This document shows positions 9,378-18,647 of a stretch of 64,000 bases of DNA, one piece after another. Every line of letters starts with the position of its first letter. Position 1 is the first letter of the stretch. The notes beneath the pieces are model-generated. The model was not told the origin of the DNA. It searched no databases and saw nothing but the letters and a program-made list of their open reading frames with translations. Origin of the DNA: an uncultured Acidobacteriaceae bacterium (GTDB lineage Bacteria > Acidobacteriota > Terriglobia > Terriglobales > Acidobacteriaceae); the NCBI GenBank assembly GCA_963794965.1, contig CAWCFQ010000004.1, positions 654,789 to 718,788 of the forward strand, given 5' to 3'. The translations under genes were made by a program, and so were the position numbers.

Positions 9378-9450
9378 TTAATTAGTAATTGGTGATTTGG
9401 AAACACGAGTTTTCAAAACTACCAATTACAAATTAACAGATTACAAATCC
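9378..9450. repeat. Word hairpin, TAATTGGT / ACCAATTA family
   Basis: aattagtaattggt (9380-9393) pairs with accaattacaaatt (9421-9434), 14 bp with 1 mismatch. It fills the whole divergent rhomboid/truB intergenic region. About 19 of 21 left-arm positions are identical to 20797-20817. Confidence 0.7.
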
Positions 9451-9452
9451 TT

Positions 9453-10337
9453 ATGAACGGTGTCGTAGTCATCGATAAACCGCCCGGCCTGACGTCGCAC
9501 GACGTAGTCAACCGCGTCCGCCGAATTCTCGGCCAGCACGCAGTCGGCCATCTCGGCACTCTCGACCCCTCAGCCACGGGAGTCCTGCCGATTGTCTTGG
9601 GCAACCTGACGCGCCTGGCGCAGTTTTACGCCCATTCCGAAAAGACATATGAAGGCGTGATTCGCTTCGGCTTCTCGACCGACACCTACGATGCCGATGG
9701 CGAGCCCGCCACGCCGCTCTGCGACGTTCACCTCAAGCTCGATGAGGTACGCGCCCTGGCCGCCCAATTTCAGGGTGTCATCGAGCAGATGCCGCCGCCG
9801 TTCTCCGCTAAGAAGATCGCTGGGGTTCCAGCCTACAAACTGGCTCGCAAGAAACAGGAAGTCGCGCTCAGGCCGGTAAGAGTGGAAATCAAGGAATTCG
9901 AGATTCTCAACACAACGGCCGATCAAGCTACCTTCCGCGCCCGCGTGGCCTCCGGCACATACGTAAGGTCGGTGGCCCACGAGATGGGCCAGAAGCTGGG
10001 CTGCGGCGCTCATCTGGCCACCCTACGACGCACCGCCGTGGCCGAGTTCACCATCGAAGATGCCCACTCGCTGCAAGCGCTAGAAACCGCATTCCAGCAG
10101 GGAAGCGCTGAGTCGTTATTGATCCATCCGCGAAAGCTGGTGCCGCAGTTGCCCAGCGTCACCGCCGATGAAGAAAGCGTCGCCCTGATTCGCAGTGGCC
10201 GGGCCGTGAATCTTCCGGAAATGTCGCGAGCTCCCCAGGTAAAAGTCTTCGAAGGCCAGCGCGACCTGATCGCCATCGCCACCCGCATAGCCGGGACGCT
10301 CTTTCACCCTAGAATCGTGTTCACGGGCGGGAACTAA
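9453..10337 (+). CDS. truB: tRNA pseudouridine(55) synthase
   Basis: VIDKPPGLTSHDVV, GHLGTLDP (catalytic Asp) and the PPPFSAKK motif. Confidence 0.93.
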   Translation: MNGVVVIDKPPGLTSHDVVNRVRRILGQHAVGHLGTLDPSATGVLPIVLGNLTRLAQFYAHSEKTYEGVIRFGFSTDTYDADGEPATPLCDVHLKLDEVRALAAQFQGVIEQMPPPFSAKKIAGVPAYKLARKKQEVALRPVRVEIKEFEILNTTADQATFRARVASGTYVRSVAHEMGQKLGCGAHLATLRRTAVAEFTIEDAHSLQALETAFQQGSAESLLIHPRKLVPQLPSVTADEESVALIRSGRAVNLPEMSRAPQVKVFEGQRDLIAIATRIAGTLFHPRIVFTGGN

Positions 10338-10418
10338 GAAGCGGACGCTGCGGACAGCCAAGCAATAAGTAGTGTCCGATAACAGGTATTATGTTAAGTT
10401 ATGAAGACGCGTCTTGCG

Positions 10419-10733
10419 CTAGCTCTGCGCCCGCAGCACTCCCGCGAGATCCTCGCGAAACTTCTGCAGTGTACCAAGCCGCTCGGGTGTGGCCTCCACC
10501 ACCTCGCTCTTCGCCTGAAATACCCGGAGGCCCTCCCTTTCGGTGAGCACGCCCATGGCTTCGCCCATGCGCCAGCCAGGAGTGCCGAGGATCTGCAAGC
10601 CGTCCGCGCCCGGTACCAGCAAGGCGACGCAGTTGTCGCGTACCACTCCAATGCACTTGGGAAAGCGCTCAAACGTCTGCAGTTCAAATCCCGCAAGGTA
10701 CAGACGCTGGAGCTGTTCGGCGGAATCAGACAT
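10419..10733 (-). CDS. Hypothetical protein
   Basis: 104-aa ORF lying 22 nt downstream of the preceding minus-strand gene. Its composition is better than that of the overlapping plus-strand ORF 10401-10751. Confidence 0.45.
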   Translation of the reverse strand: MSDSAEQLQRLYLAGFELQTFERFPKCIGVVRDNCVALLVPGADGLQILGTPGWRMGEAMGVLTEREGLRVFQAKSEVVEATPERLGTLQKFREDLAGVLRAQS

Positions 10734-10755
10734 GGGAAACTTGTAATTTGAAACC

Positions 10756-11844
10756 TTATTGCGCTTCGGCGCGAATTACTTCCAGCGCATTCGCCTCTCC
10801 CAGCTTCAGGAAGGTGAAGACTCCGTCGTTCGCCGAATAGCATGCAAACGATGTCCCCATGCCGGTGGCATCGGCATAGCTGGCAATCTTTCGCCCAGTC
10901 TGCGCGTCCGCGACGACCACGGTCTGGCTCTGGTCTTCCTCGTTCGAGAACGAAATCGCCAACCGGTTCCCGGAAACATGAAACCCACTGGGCACCGTGT
11001 CCGCAAGCGGAGCCGCGACTTTAATCGTTTGCATGATCTTTCCACTCGGTGCGATCACATAGACCAGGGCTGGCGAAGAACCTCGCATGACGTAGAGGTT
11101 GCCATCGCTGCCAACTTCGGCATCCGCCAGATCGAGCATGGGTGCAGCTTTTTCCGCATCCTTCGGGGGACTGCCACCCGAGGCCTTCGCTCCGGTTTTT
11201 GCAGGCCCCTGCGGTTCCTCAAATGAAAGTTGCGCCAGTTCCCTTCCATCGCCGGAGAAAACAGCGGTAAAGTTGCGCCCCCGATCATTCTTATTCTGGT
11301 AATCGCGCCGCACGCCCGAGACCAGAAAATTTCCCGTGGCAAACGCCGCGAACGTATACACCTCAAAGTCGGCGTCAAGCAGCGTAGGCGATGCCGGCGA
11401 TCCGTCCGAAGAAAAATGCAGCACGTAGATCCGCGGCTTCACAACTCCGCTCTGCGCGATCTGATACATGCCGCCATCGAAAGCGGTCGAGAAGGCGTCG
11501 GCCCGGTCGAGCGCCAATTGAGAAAACACGGCCGGGTCAAACAGCGCGGTGCGCTTGCCCTCTGGATCAATCTTGACCACCGGACCCAGCAGCGGCCGGT
11601 CCATCGCGTACTTGCGGATATAGAGATTCCCGTCAGCGTCGCACTTCGACGGAACCATGAACGCTCCACCCATCTCCGAGGCCACGCTCATGGTCGAGGA
11701 GGCGCGCAGCGCAATGGTCGATCCTAAAACCGGATTCTGAGCGGGAGCATTCGGCACTGAAGAATTACTTTGCGCCGACGACATTCGCACAGAGAATCCG
11801 GCGAATACGAGCAACGCGACCAACCCAGTTGAGAACACCCTCAT
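10756..11844 (-). CDS. Secreted hypothetical protein (beta-rich, propeller-like)
   Basis: N-terminal signal MRVFSTGLVALLVFAGFSVRMSSAQS. No family recognised. Confidence 0.6.
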   Translation of the reverse strand: MRVFSTGLVALLVFAGFSVRMSSAQSNSSVPNAPAQNPVLGSTIALRASSTMSVASEMGGAFMVPSKCDADGNLYIRKYAMDRPLLGPVVKIDPEGKRTALFDPAVFSQLALDRADAFSTAFDGGMYQIAQSGVVKPRIYVLHFSSDGSPASPTLLDADFEVYTFAAFATGNFLVSGVRRDYQNKNDRGRNFTAVFSGDGRELAQLSFEEPQGPAKTGAKASGGSPPKDAEKAAPMLDLADAEVGSDGNLYVMRGSSPALVYVIAPSGKIMQTIKVAAPLADTVPSGFHVSGNRLAISFSNEEDQSQTVVVADAQTGRKIASYADATGMGTSFACYSANDGVFTFLKLGEANALEVIRAEAQ

Positions 11845-11879
11845 CCCGTGCCTACGTCTCCGTCGTCACCCGATTGAAA

Positions 11880-11903
11880 CTGACAGCTGAGAGCTGACAG
11901 CTG
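11880..11903. repeat. Tandem word repeat CTGA(C/G)AGCTG
   Basis: ctgacagctgagagctgacagctg uses the same word set as 5603-5633. Confidence 0.6.
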
Positions 11904-11908
11904 CCCTC

Positions 11909-12394
11909 CTACATCTTGTACTTGCCCAGGTCATCATCGCCCAGGTCTTCCAGCCACTTGCGCAGTTCCTCACTGTTCACGGCAGGAACGGGGTTGGTGG
12001 CCTGTTTCGAGTTCTTTAGTACCTCGTCCTCGACGAAAATCGGGCAATCCACCCGCAGGGCGAGCGCCAGCGCGTCAGACGGACGGGAGTCGATGCTCAC
12101 CACCTGCCCTTCCCGTTCCAACCAGATCACCGCGTAAAAAGTATCGTCTTTCAGTTCCGTGACCACCACTTTGTGCACCAGCGCGTCCAGACCGGTAAGC
12201 ACGTTCTTGATCAAGTCATGGGTCATCGGCCGTGGCGTATTGACCTTTTCGATTTCGAGCGCGATGGCGTTGGCTTCGTACACTCCCACCCAGATGGGCA
12301 GCACCACGTCGCTGCCCACGTCCTTGAGCAGCACAATCGGCATGTTCGAAACCGGATCCATCATCAGTCCCCGAATTTTCATTTCCACTTCCAT
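11909..12394 (-). CDS. Bifunctional nuclease family protein (DUF151)
   Basis: MKIRGLMMDPVSNMPIVLLKD, LPIWVGVYEANAIALE and RPMTHDL motifs. The ATG at 12394 is preferred because the upstream extension to 12466 is encoded by palindromic repeats. Confidence 0.8.
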   Translation of the reverse strand: MEVEMKIRGLMMDPVSNMPIVLLKDVGSDVVLPIWVGVYEANAIALEIEKVNTPRPMTHDLIKNVLTGLDALVHKVVVTELKDDTFYAVIWLEREGQVVSIDSRPSDALALALRVDCPIFVEDEVLKNSKQATNPVPAVNSEELRKWLEDLGDDDLGKYKM

Positions 12395-12417
12395 AAGACC
12401 CTCTAAGCAAACCACTC

Positions 12418-12479
12418 GTAGAGACGGGGCTTGCCCCGTCTCACTCTGCGGCCGGAGACGCGGCAAGCCGCGTCTCTAC
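12418..12479. repeat. Twin palindromes GAGACGGGGC-TT-GCCCCGTCTC and GAGACGCGGC-AA-GCCGCGTCTC within an outer GTAGAGAC/GTCTCTAC pair
   Basis: Read directly from the sequence. It lies between the miaB stop and the DUF151 start. A related copy is at 27331-27359. Confidence 0.8.
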
Positions 12480-13816
12480 GCGATATTCGACGTCGCCATC
12501 TCTCCCATTAGACTGTTCGGGCAGCTTCCCGTGACCAGCACGCGCACATAACTTCCAGTCGCAAGCTCAACGCCTGTCGGAACGGTAAAGTTCATCACCT
12601 TAATCTGCGAAGTCCGCCCAACCCACTGTCCGCGGGCCGGGTTCTTCCCTTCCACCATCGTCTCGACGACTTGCCCAACATGCCGCTGATTCCGCCGCGC
12701 CCCAATCTGCTTTTGCTTGTCATTCAAGACAGCGAGCCGCCGCGCCTTCTCCGCGTCCGGGATGGCGTCATCCAATCGCAATGCAGGCGTATTGGGCCGC
12801 GGAGAGTATTTAAAAGTAAACACGCTGTCATACCCAACCACGTCCATCAGGCTAAGCGTCTCTTCAAATTCCCGTTCCGTCTCGCCCGGGAATCCGACAA
12901 TCATATCGCTGGTGATCGATATGTCGCGCTTTGCGGCCTGAATCCAAGAGATGCGCTCCAGGTACTGGTCCCGCGTGTAGAGCCGTTGCATGGCTTCAAG
13001 CACCCGAGTAGATCCGCTCTGTACCGGTAGATGCACGTGATCGCAGAGGGCAGGCACGGAGTCGATGACATCAACAATATCGCGTCCAAAATCGCGAGGA
13101 TGCGAGGTTGTAAAGCGCACCCGCCGAATACCCGAGACCGAAGCGATAGCGGCCAGCAACTCAGCAAAGCTTTTCTTTCCATCAGGATCACGGTAAGAGT
13201 TAACGTTTTGCCCGAGCAGCTGAATCTCCGTGTACCCAAGGTCCACCAGTTGCCGTGCTTCTTCCAGAACAGAGGACGAAGTCCGGCTGCGCTCCTTGCC
13301 CCGCGTGTAGGGCACCACGCAGTAAGCGCAAAATTTGTCGCATCCCTCGATAATCGTGATGTACCCGCGATGCGGATTGGTGCGAGCTGTGTACTCGGTC
13401 TCAAAGCATTTGTCGGTGGCGCGATCTTCGAGCCCGGTAATCCGCGACTGACCAGTCTCCAACTGCACCAGCATTTGCGGAAGATTGCGGTAAGAAGCCG
13501 ACCCACAGACCATCGACACATAAGGCGCGCGCTCAAAAATCTTTTCCCCCTCCTGCTGCGCCACGCACCCCAGGACGCCAAACTGTTTGCCCTGAGCCCG
13601 AAACTTCTTATAATCCGCCAGCCGGTTAAAGACCTTTTGCTCCGCCTTGTCGCGAATTGAGCAGGTGTTATACAGGATGAGCCCCGCCTCTTCCACCGAA
13701 GGAACCTGCCGATACCCCTGCTGCAAGAGCGTCCCGACCACCTTTTCGGAGTCGTGCGCATTCATCTGGCAGCCAAAGGTTTCCAGGTAAAACGTCTTGT
13801 CGCCGGTCCCCGACAT
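12476..13816 (-). CDS. miaB: tRNA-2-methylthio-N6-dimethylallyladenosine synthase (radical SAM methylthiotransferase)
   Basis: FYLETFGCQMN, the CDKFCAYCVVPYTRG radical-SAM cluster, and a TRAM-like C-terminus. The ATG at 13816 is preferred over the TTG at 13924. Confidence 0.92.
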   Translation of the reverse strand: MSGTGDKTFYLETFGCQMNAHDSEKVVGTLLQQGYRQVPSVEEAGLILYNTCSIRDKAEQKVFNRLADYKKFRAQGKQFGVLGCVAQQEGEKIFERAPYVSMVCGSASYRNLPQMLVQLETGQSRITGLEDRATDKCFETEYTARTNPHRGYITIIEGCDKFCAYCVVPYTRGKERSRTSSSVLEEARQLVDLGYTEIQLLGQNVNSYRDPDGKKSFAELLAAIASVSGIRRVRFTTSHPRDFGRDIVDVIDSVPALCDHVHLPVQSGSTRVLEAMQRLYTRDQYLERISWIQAAKRDISITSDMIVGFPGETEREFEETLSLMDVVGYDSVFTFKYSPRPNTPALRLDDAIPDAEKARRLAVLNDKQKQIGARRNQRHVGQVVETMVEGKNPARGQWVGRTSQIKVMNFTVPTGVELATGSYVRVLVTGSCPNSLMGEMATSNIA

Positions 13817-13927
13817 CGGTCCAGTATAAACCAAGGTTTCAGGCGGTTTGCGAACTGTTGACTGAAGGAAATCGAGGGGCCCCGCTTCGCGCGCTTTTCG
13901 AGAAGTGGGCCGCACACCAGCCAAAAT

Positions 13928-16465
13928 TTACTTCTTCCCTATCAACCGAATGCGGGTGGTGAAAGCGCGGCCCTGGAAATTGCTGAAAGTCCCGAACTGG
14001 GTGGAGTCGCTGTCAGCGTTCACGACCGCGGGATTGGCGTGGTCGGTGATGTTCTCGAATCCGCCACGGAGGGCCCAATCACGGCCGAAGGCGTGGAAGC
14101 GTTTCTCCACGAACAGATTCAGTGCGAAGTAAGTTGGGAAGCGGAGCGTGCCAGGGGACCCCACAAGCTGCCCCTGCTCGTTGGTGACGTTGAAGGGAAA
14201 ACCGCTGCGTCCTTCGAGCGAGTAAGCAATATCGAGTTCATGGATGATGGGCAGTTTGAAAAATGGCACCAATCCCCAGGAGAGAAAGCGGTTAGGCGCA
14301 TCCCAGGAATAGGGACCAGCAGCTTGCGGGCTGAGGATCGGATTGTCGACGTTGAAATCCAGCACTTGATTGGATCGCGAACTGGAGCGCGTGTATGAAC
14401 CGAAGACCGAGTAGCGGTGCCGGAAAGCGCGCCGCAGGTTTACCTCGAAGGAGTGATAACGGTCGTCGCGCGTATTCTCCAGGATGAAATCGCCGCCCGG
14501 CAGTCCATTAGCCGTGTTGTAGACGAGGCCGTGCGTGCCATTTCTCTGCAGGAATTGGGCTTTCAGGTAGATGGAGCCGGGCAGCTTCTGCTCCAGACCA
14601 AGACTCCAGTTGAGATATCGTGGCTCCTGCAGTATGTGAGTGTTCGCCGAGAACGTAGTGAGAACTGAGCCGGTCGAATTGCCACTCGAGTCAAAGAAAG
14701 TGTCCGTTCTTTCGCCTGCCGATGGCCGCGCCACCAGCAGCAGGTTGGTTGCGTCGTAGACGGTTCCGACTCCCGCGGAAAGCTTGGTGTTGCCCTTGCT
14801 GTCGAGCACGTAGGTGCCCGCCAGTCGGGGAGAAACAAGCGGCGAGCGGATGAGATCATCCCAGTCGAAACGCAGGCCGGGTTCGATCAGCAAGCGGTTG
14901 GTAGCGAGCCAGCGATCCTGGATGTACCCGCTCGTTTCCAGATTGTCGGCGGCGGAATTAGCACCGCCGGAAAAAACGGAGTAGCGGGAGCAGGGATTGA
15001 AGGTTGGCATAACCGTCAAACAGTCGCCGGAAGAGAGCGGCTGTTGACCTTCGCGAAGGAACGAGATCGGAGTGCGCTGAAAATCAGCGTGATAGATGAG
15101 GCGGTCGGTGTCGATGCCCATCTTGACTTCGTGCTGCCCATGCCATTGTTTGGGCGGCAGATAGAGATTGACCAGGCCCTGCCATCGCCGGGCCCGCGTA
15201 TCGGCAAAGAGGTAATAGTTTCCGCCCGTGATTTCAGGAGAGGTAAAGTAAGGCTGGGTTCCTGCAGGCGTGAGCTCCAGGTTGTATTGCAGGAAAGCCG
15301 CTCCCGTTTCGAGCAGTTCCCCGCCCTGAAAATAATACTGATTCTTCACGCTGGCCAGATAGGCACTCTCGATATCGGATGGAGTTGCTTCGACTGGATT
15401 AATGGCCGAAAGACCCTCGTGGTCGTCGTGCAGATGGTTGAGGTTGAAGCTGGTGGTAAGGATGTCGCGCGCGCTGAGGTTGGTCTGCACCTTGGCGAGG
15501 TTGCCCACGCGCCAGAGCCGGTCGCTATCAGCGCCGTTGGGCAATTCGGTGATGACGATGTTGTCATACTCGCCGTCGGGAGAGTCGAAGAACCACATCT
15601 TGCCTTTACGAATGGGCCCCGAAAAGGCAAAGCGCGGGTCCACCTTGTCGAAGGCCAGTCCCTTCTTGTTCTGTACCGAAGGAACGAAGTTCGTCCCTGC
15701 GTAACGGAAATGGTCGTCGCCAATCCCGGTGTTGAGGCTGAGCACCCCTCCCGAGCCTTTGCCGTACTCGGCCGAGTTGCGGCTCGCTTCGACGTCCACC
15801 GAACGGAGCGAGTCGGGACTAACCCGCATAAGCAGTTCGCCAGTAGCGGGCTGGGTGACGTTGAAGCCATCCAGCAAAGTGAGGGTTTGATATGTCTCCG
15901 ACCCGGCGATGTGCGGCTGTCCGAAAACATCGTTGACCACCCCGGGAATAAAGTTCAGCGCGTTGCGGTAGTCGCGGGTGTCAGGGTAAGGGAGGTTGAT
16001 AATGTCGACGCCGGTGAGCTGCTCTTGATCCGAAACCTGGGCGGGATCGATGGCGGGCGGGGACTCGACCACATTGACCACCTGGCGCACCTCTTGCTGG
16101 TGGGTAAGTGTGACCTCAACATTCGAGGCAGTGCCGGTCTGAACCGCAGGCAATGTCAGTGTCACCGAGTAGAACCCTTGCTTCTCGACGCGGAGCTGGT
16201 AGCTAGTAGCGGAGAGATTGGAGAATTCGCAGTGGCCGGCAAAATCGGTGACCGAGCGCAGCGCCACCGCCTCGGGAGAAGCTTGGAGAAATACCAGCGC
16301 GGATGTTACCGCAACATCGTTCTCATCGACCACCGTGACCAGGATGTTCTGCGATGGCGTTGCTCCCGGCGCTTTTGCGGAAGTCTGGACGAGAGCACTG
16401 CGGATCAGAAAAACACAGACTGCCAGGCAAATCACCGATGCGCGCAACCGAGAGGGCCTGGGCAT
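13928..16465 (-). CDS. TonB-dependent receptor with N-terminal carboxypeptidase-regulatory-like domain
   Basis: 845 aa with a signal peptide and an N-terminal ILVTVVDENDVAVTSALVFL beta-sandwich. It has a plug/barrel-like Gly/Tyr-rich body and a C-terminal aromatic strand FTTRIRLIGKK. Confidence 0.8.
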   Translation of the reverse strand: MPRPSRLRASVICLAVCVFLIRSALVQTSAKAPGATPSQNILVTVVDENDVAVTSALVFLQASPEAVALRSVTDFAGHCEFSNLSATSYQLRVEKQGFYSVTLTLPAVQTGTASNVEVTLTHQQEVRQVVNVVESPPAIDPAQVSDQEQLTGVDIINLPYPDTRDYRNALNFIPGVVNDVFGQPHIAGSETYQTLTLLDGFNVTQPATGELLMRVSPDSLRSVDVEASRNSAEYGKGSGGVLSLNTGIGDDHFRYAGTNFVPSVQNKKGLAFDKVDPRFAFSGPIRKGKMWFFDSPDGEYDNIVITELPNGADSDRLWRVGNLAKVQTNLSARDILTTSFNLNHLHDDHEGLSAINPVEATPSDIESAYLASVKNQYYFQGGELLETGAAFLQYNLELTPAGTQPYFTSPEITGGNYYLFADTRARRWQGLVNLYLPPKQWHGQHEVKMGIDTDRLIYHADFQRTPISFLREGQQPLSSGDCLTVMPTFNPCSRYSVFSGGANSAADNLETSGYIQDRWLATNRLLIEPGLRFDWDDLIRSPLVSPRLAGTYVLDSKGNTKLSAGVGTVYDATNLLLVARPSAGERTDTFFDSSGNSTGSVLTTFSANTHILQEPRYLNWSLGLEQKLPGSIYLKAQFLQRNGTHGLVYNTANGLPGGDFILENTRDDRYHSFEVNLRRAFRHRYSVFGSYTRSSSRSNQVLDFNVDNPILSPQAAGPYSWDAPNRFLSWGLVPFFKLPIIHELDIAYSLEGRSGFPFNVTNEQGQLVGSPGTLRFPTYFALNLFVEKRFHAFGRDWALRGGFENITDHANPAVVNADSDSTQFGTFSNFQGRAFTTRIRLIGKK

Positions 16466-16640
16466 AAACGGTGTCTCTATTTTCGCTCAAAAACAGCCGT
16501 TTAGTTTCGGTTAGGCCAGGTGCCCCATCCTAACGTCGCGTTTTTCGACGTTAGAGTGCGATTCCCCGGCCGCGTCAAGATGGGGATTTTCCCGGAAATC
16601 GAGGAGCATGAAATTGTGCGACGGTACGGTTACCGCCCGC

Positions 16641-16919
16641 CTATCGGTAGCCCCCGGCATCTTCGACGAAATGGTACTCGCCGTCGATAACGCCGGAAGC
16701 TTCTCCCGCTTTAGCCGCCTCGGGATTGCTTATAAACTCCTGCGCCTTGTCCATGGAGGCAACTTCGAACATGAAGAAAACGTTGTTAGGCTCTCCGACG
16801 GTACGCCAGACACTAACCAGTCGAAGGCCAGCTTGCTGGTGAGCTGCAGCGTGAGAAGCGAACACGGCCTTCCAGCGCAAGAAGTCCGCAACGCGATTGC
16901 GACACAACATATAAGTCAT
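16641..16919 (-). CDS. Small hypothetical protein (possibly a dimeric alpha/beta-barrel type)
   Basis: The start MTYMLCRNRVADFLRWKAVF at ATG 16919 is preferred. No family confidently recognised. Confidence 0.45.
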   Translation of the reverse strand: MTYMLCRNRVADFLRWKAVFASHAAAHQQAGLRLVSVWRTVGEPNNVFFMFEVASMDKAQEFISNPEAAKAGEASGVIDGEYHFVEDAGGYR

Positions 16920-16935
16920 CAGTTTCCTGTCGCTT

Positions 16936-17448
16936 CTACTTGGCCCGCGCCAGTGTGAACACTTCTTTCCCCTCTTTGCCATGATCGAGAAAGACCCATT
17001 CTTCGACGTGATGATCGGCGTCCGGTAGCGTGAAGGTCACGCGCTGCATATGCCCGTCGCCGGGACCGATGTTGGTCCCGTCAAAGAATTCGAAGCTAAC
17101 CGATTTCGCGTCCGACGAAATGACTTTCATGCGCGGCTGGTTGCCGGCTGCGCAGTAGTGGGTCATCAGGAGTCGGTCGCCATCCATGTGAAACATGGTG
17201 ATCATGTTTTCCGAGCCGCGACCGAGAATCTCGCTCATGAGCGCGGATCCGCCTGCCGTCATGCGGAAGGTCACTTGAATGGGCTGACCCTGGTTGTTTT
17301 TCCCTGCCCAGTTCCCTTCCAGTCCCTTGAGCAACTCGAACGACTTGTGCCCGTCCGGCTGCGCCACAACCACGCTGGCAGAGAGCACGATGATCAGAGT
17401 TGCAACCATCGCGGCGAGGCTGCGAAATGCATTCCGATTGAGCTTCAT
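16936..17448 (-). CDS. Secreted hypothetical protein
   Basis: ATG at 17448 is preceded by GGAGGA. Signal peptide MKLNRNAFRSLAAMVATLIIVLSASVVVAQP. No family recognised with confidence. Confidence 0.6.
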   Translation of the reverse strand: MKLNRNAFRSLAAMVATLIIVLSASVVVAQPDGHKSFELLKGLEGNWAGKNNQGQPIQVTFRMTAGGSALMSEILGRGSENMITMFHMDGDRLLMTHYCAAGNQPRMKVISSDAKSVSFEFFDGTNIGPGDGHMQRVTFTLPDADHHVEEWVFLDHGKEGKEVFTLARAK

Positions 17449-17485
17449 AGGTTCCTCCGTGGATTGAATTGCCCCGCTGCGTACG

Positions 17486-18568
17486 TTAAGTTGCATCCAG
17501 AGGATAATTCGGGTTCCCTCCGCCCAGTTTCTCGCTGAGATGGGCGGCGATCAGTTTGCCGTGGAAACGGCCATTCTCAATGAAGATTTCGTTGGTCTTC
17601 GATCCCGCCACGATGACTCCCGCGACATAGATTCCCGGAACATTCGACTCCAGATTTTCCGGATCGCACACGGGACGCATCTGTTGCGGGGAAAGTTCGA
17701 TGCCCACGCTGCACAGGAAATCGTAGTCTGGATGGTACCCGGTCAGCGCAAACACAAAATCGTTTTTCAGGCGCAACGAGCCGGACGGTCCGCGCAGCAC
17801 CACGAAGTCGGCTCCAATTTCCTGCACCGTGCTGTTGAAGTACGCCGTGATTTCACCGGCTTTAATGCGATTCTCGATGTCGGGACGCACCCAATACTTG
17901 ACGTGGTGGTGCATCTGCGGTCCGCGATGGACGAGCGTGACCCGTGACCCGTGCCGCCACAAGTCCAAGGCCGCTTCCGCCGCTGAATTCTTGCCCCCGA
18001 TCACCAGCACGTCGGTGTCGTAATAAGGATGCGGTTCCCGATAGTAGTGGAAAACTTTGTCCAGATCTTCGCCGGGAACACCGATTTGGTTGGCTAGATC
18101 GTAGTAGCCAGTGGCGATTACGATCTTGCGCGCGCGGTAGTCGTGAATGGCGCTATGCCGGTCGGTTGTGGTGACCCGGAATTTGCCGTCCTCGCCCGTA
18201 ATCGTCTTCACCCACTCGTACTGCCGCACGTGCAGGTGATAGTGCTCGGCGACCCGGCGGTAATATTCCAGGGCTTCCAGGCGAGTGGGCTTGGCCAGGG
18301 ATGTGGTGAACGGAATATCGCCAATCTCGAGCAACTCCGGCGTGGTGAAAAACACCATGTTGTTCGGATAGTGAAAGACGGAATTGACCAGGCATCCCTT
18401 GTCGACGATGAGCGCCTTAAAGCCGGCCTTCTGCGCCTCGATGGCGCAGGCCATGCCAGTGGGGCCAGCGCCTACGACCAAAACATCACTGGAAGAGTCG
18501 TGCCGCGCATGAGCTTGACTGCGGGGCAGAGTTTCGGGAACCTGTTCAACCGGTGTCGAGGTATTCAT
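17486..18568 (-). CDS. ypdA: YpdA-family putative bacillithiol disulfide reductase (FAD/NAD(P) oxidoreductase)
   Basis: Collinear with B. subtilis YpdA as I remember it: VVGAGPTGMACAIEA, VNSVFHYPNNMVFFTT, IATGYYD, VPGEDLDKVFHYY, VIGGKNSAAEAALDL, KNDFVFALTGYHPD, NEIFIENGRFHG. Confidence 0.85.
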   Translation of the reverse strand: MNTSTPVEQVPETLPRSQAHARHDSSSDVLVVGAGPTGMACAIEAQKAGFKALIVDKGCLVNSVFHYPNNMVFFTTPELLEIGDIPFTTSLAKPTRLEALEYYRRVAEHYHLHVRQYEWVKTITGEDGKFRVTTTDRHSAIHDYRARKIVIATGYYDLANQIGVPGEDLDKVFHYYREPHPYYDTDVLVIGGKNSAAEAALDLWRHGSRVTLVHRGPQMHHHVKYWVRPDIENRIKAGEITAYFNSTVQEIGADFVVLRGPSGSLRLKNDFVFALTGYHPDYDFLCSVGIELSPQQMRPVCDPENLESNVPGIYVAGVIVAGSKTNEIFIENGRFHGKLIAAHLSEKLGGGNPNYPLDAT

Positions 18569-18647
18569 CGCGGTCAGAGAGACGCACAATTCTAGCACTG
18601 GGCGCAATCGCCAGGATCATGACGATGATCGCGGCGCGCTCGACCCG

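Noticed and set aside
10401-10751. 116-aa plus-strand ORF overlapping 10419-10733
   Set aside because: The minus-strand alternative has the better composition and is positioned as an operon partner 22 nt after the upstream gene. Only one of the two can be real.
15044-16504. 486-aa plus-strand ORF opposite the TonB-dependent receptor
   Set aside because: It is a shadow ORF with no motifs. The receptor frame has a signal peptide and receptor-like features.
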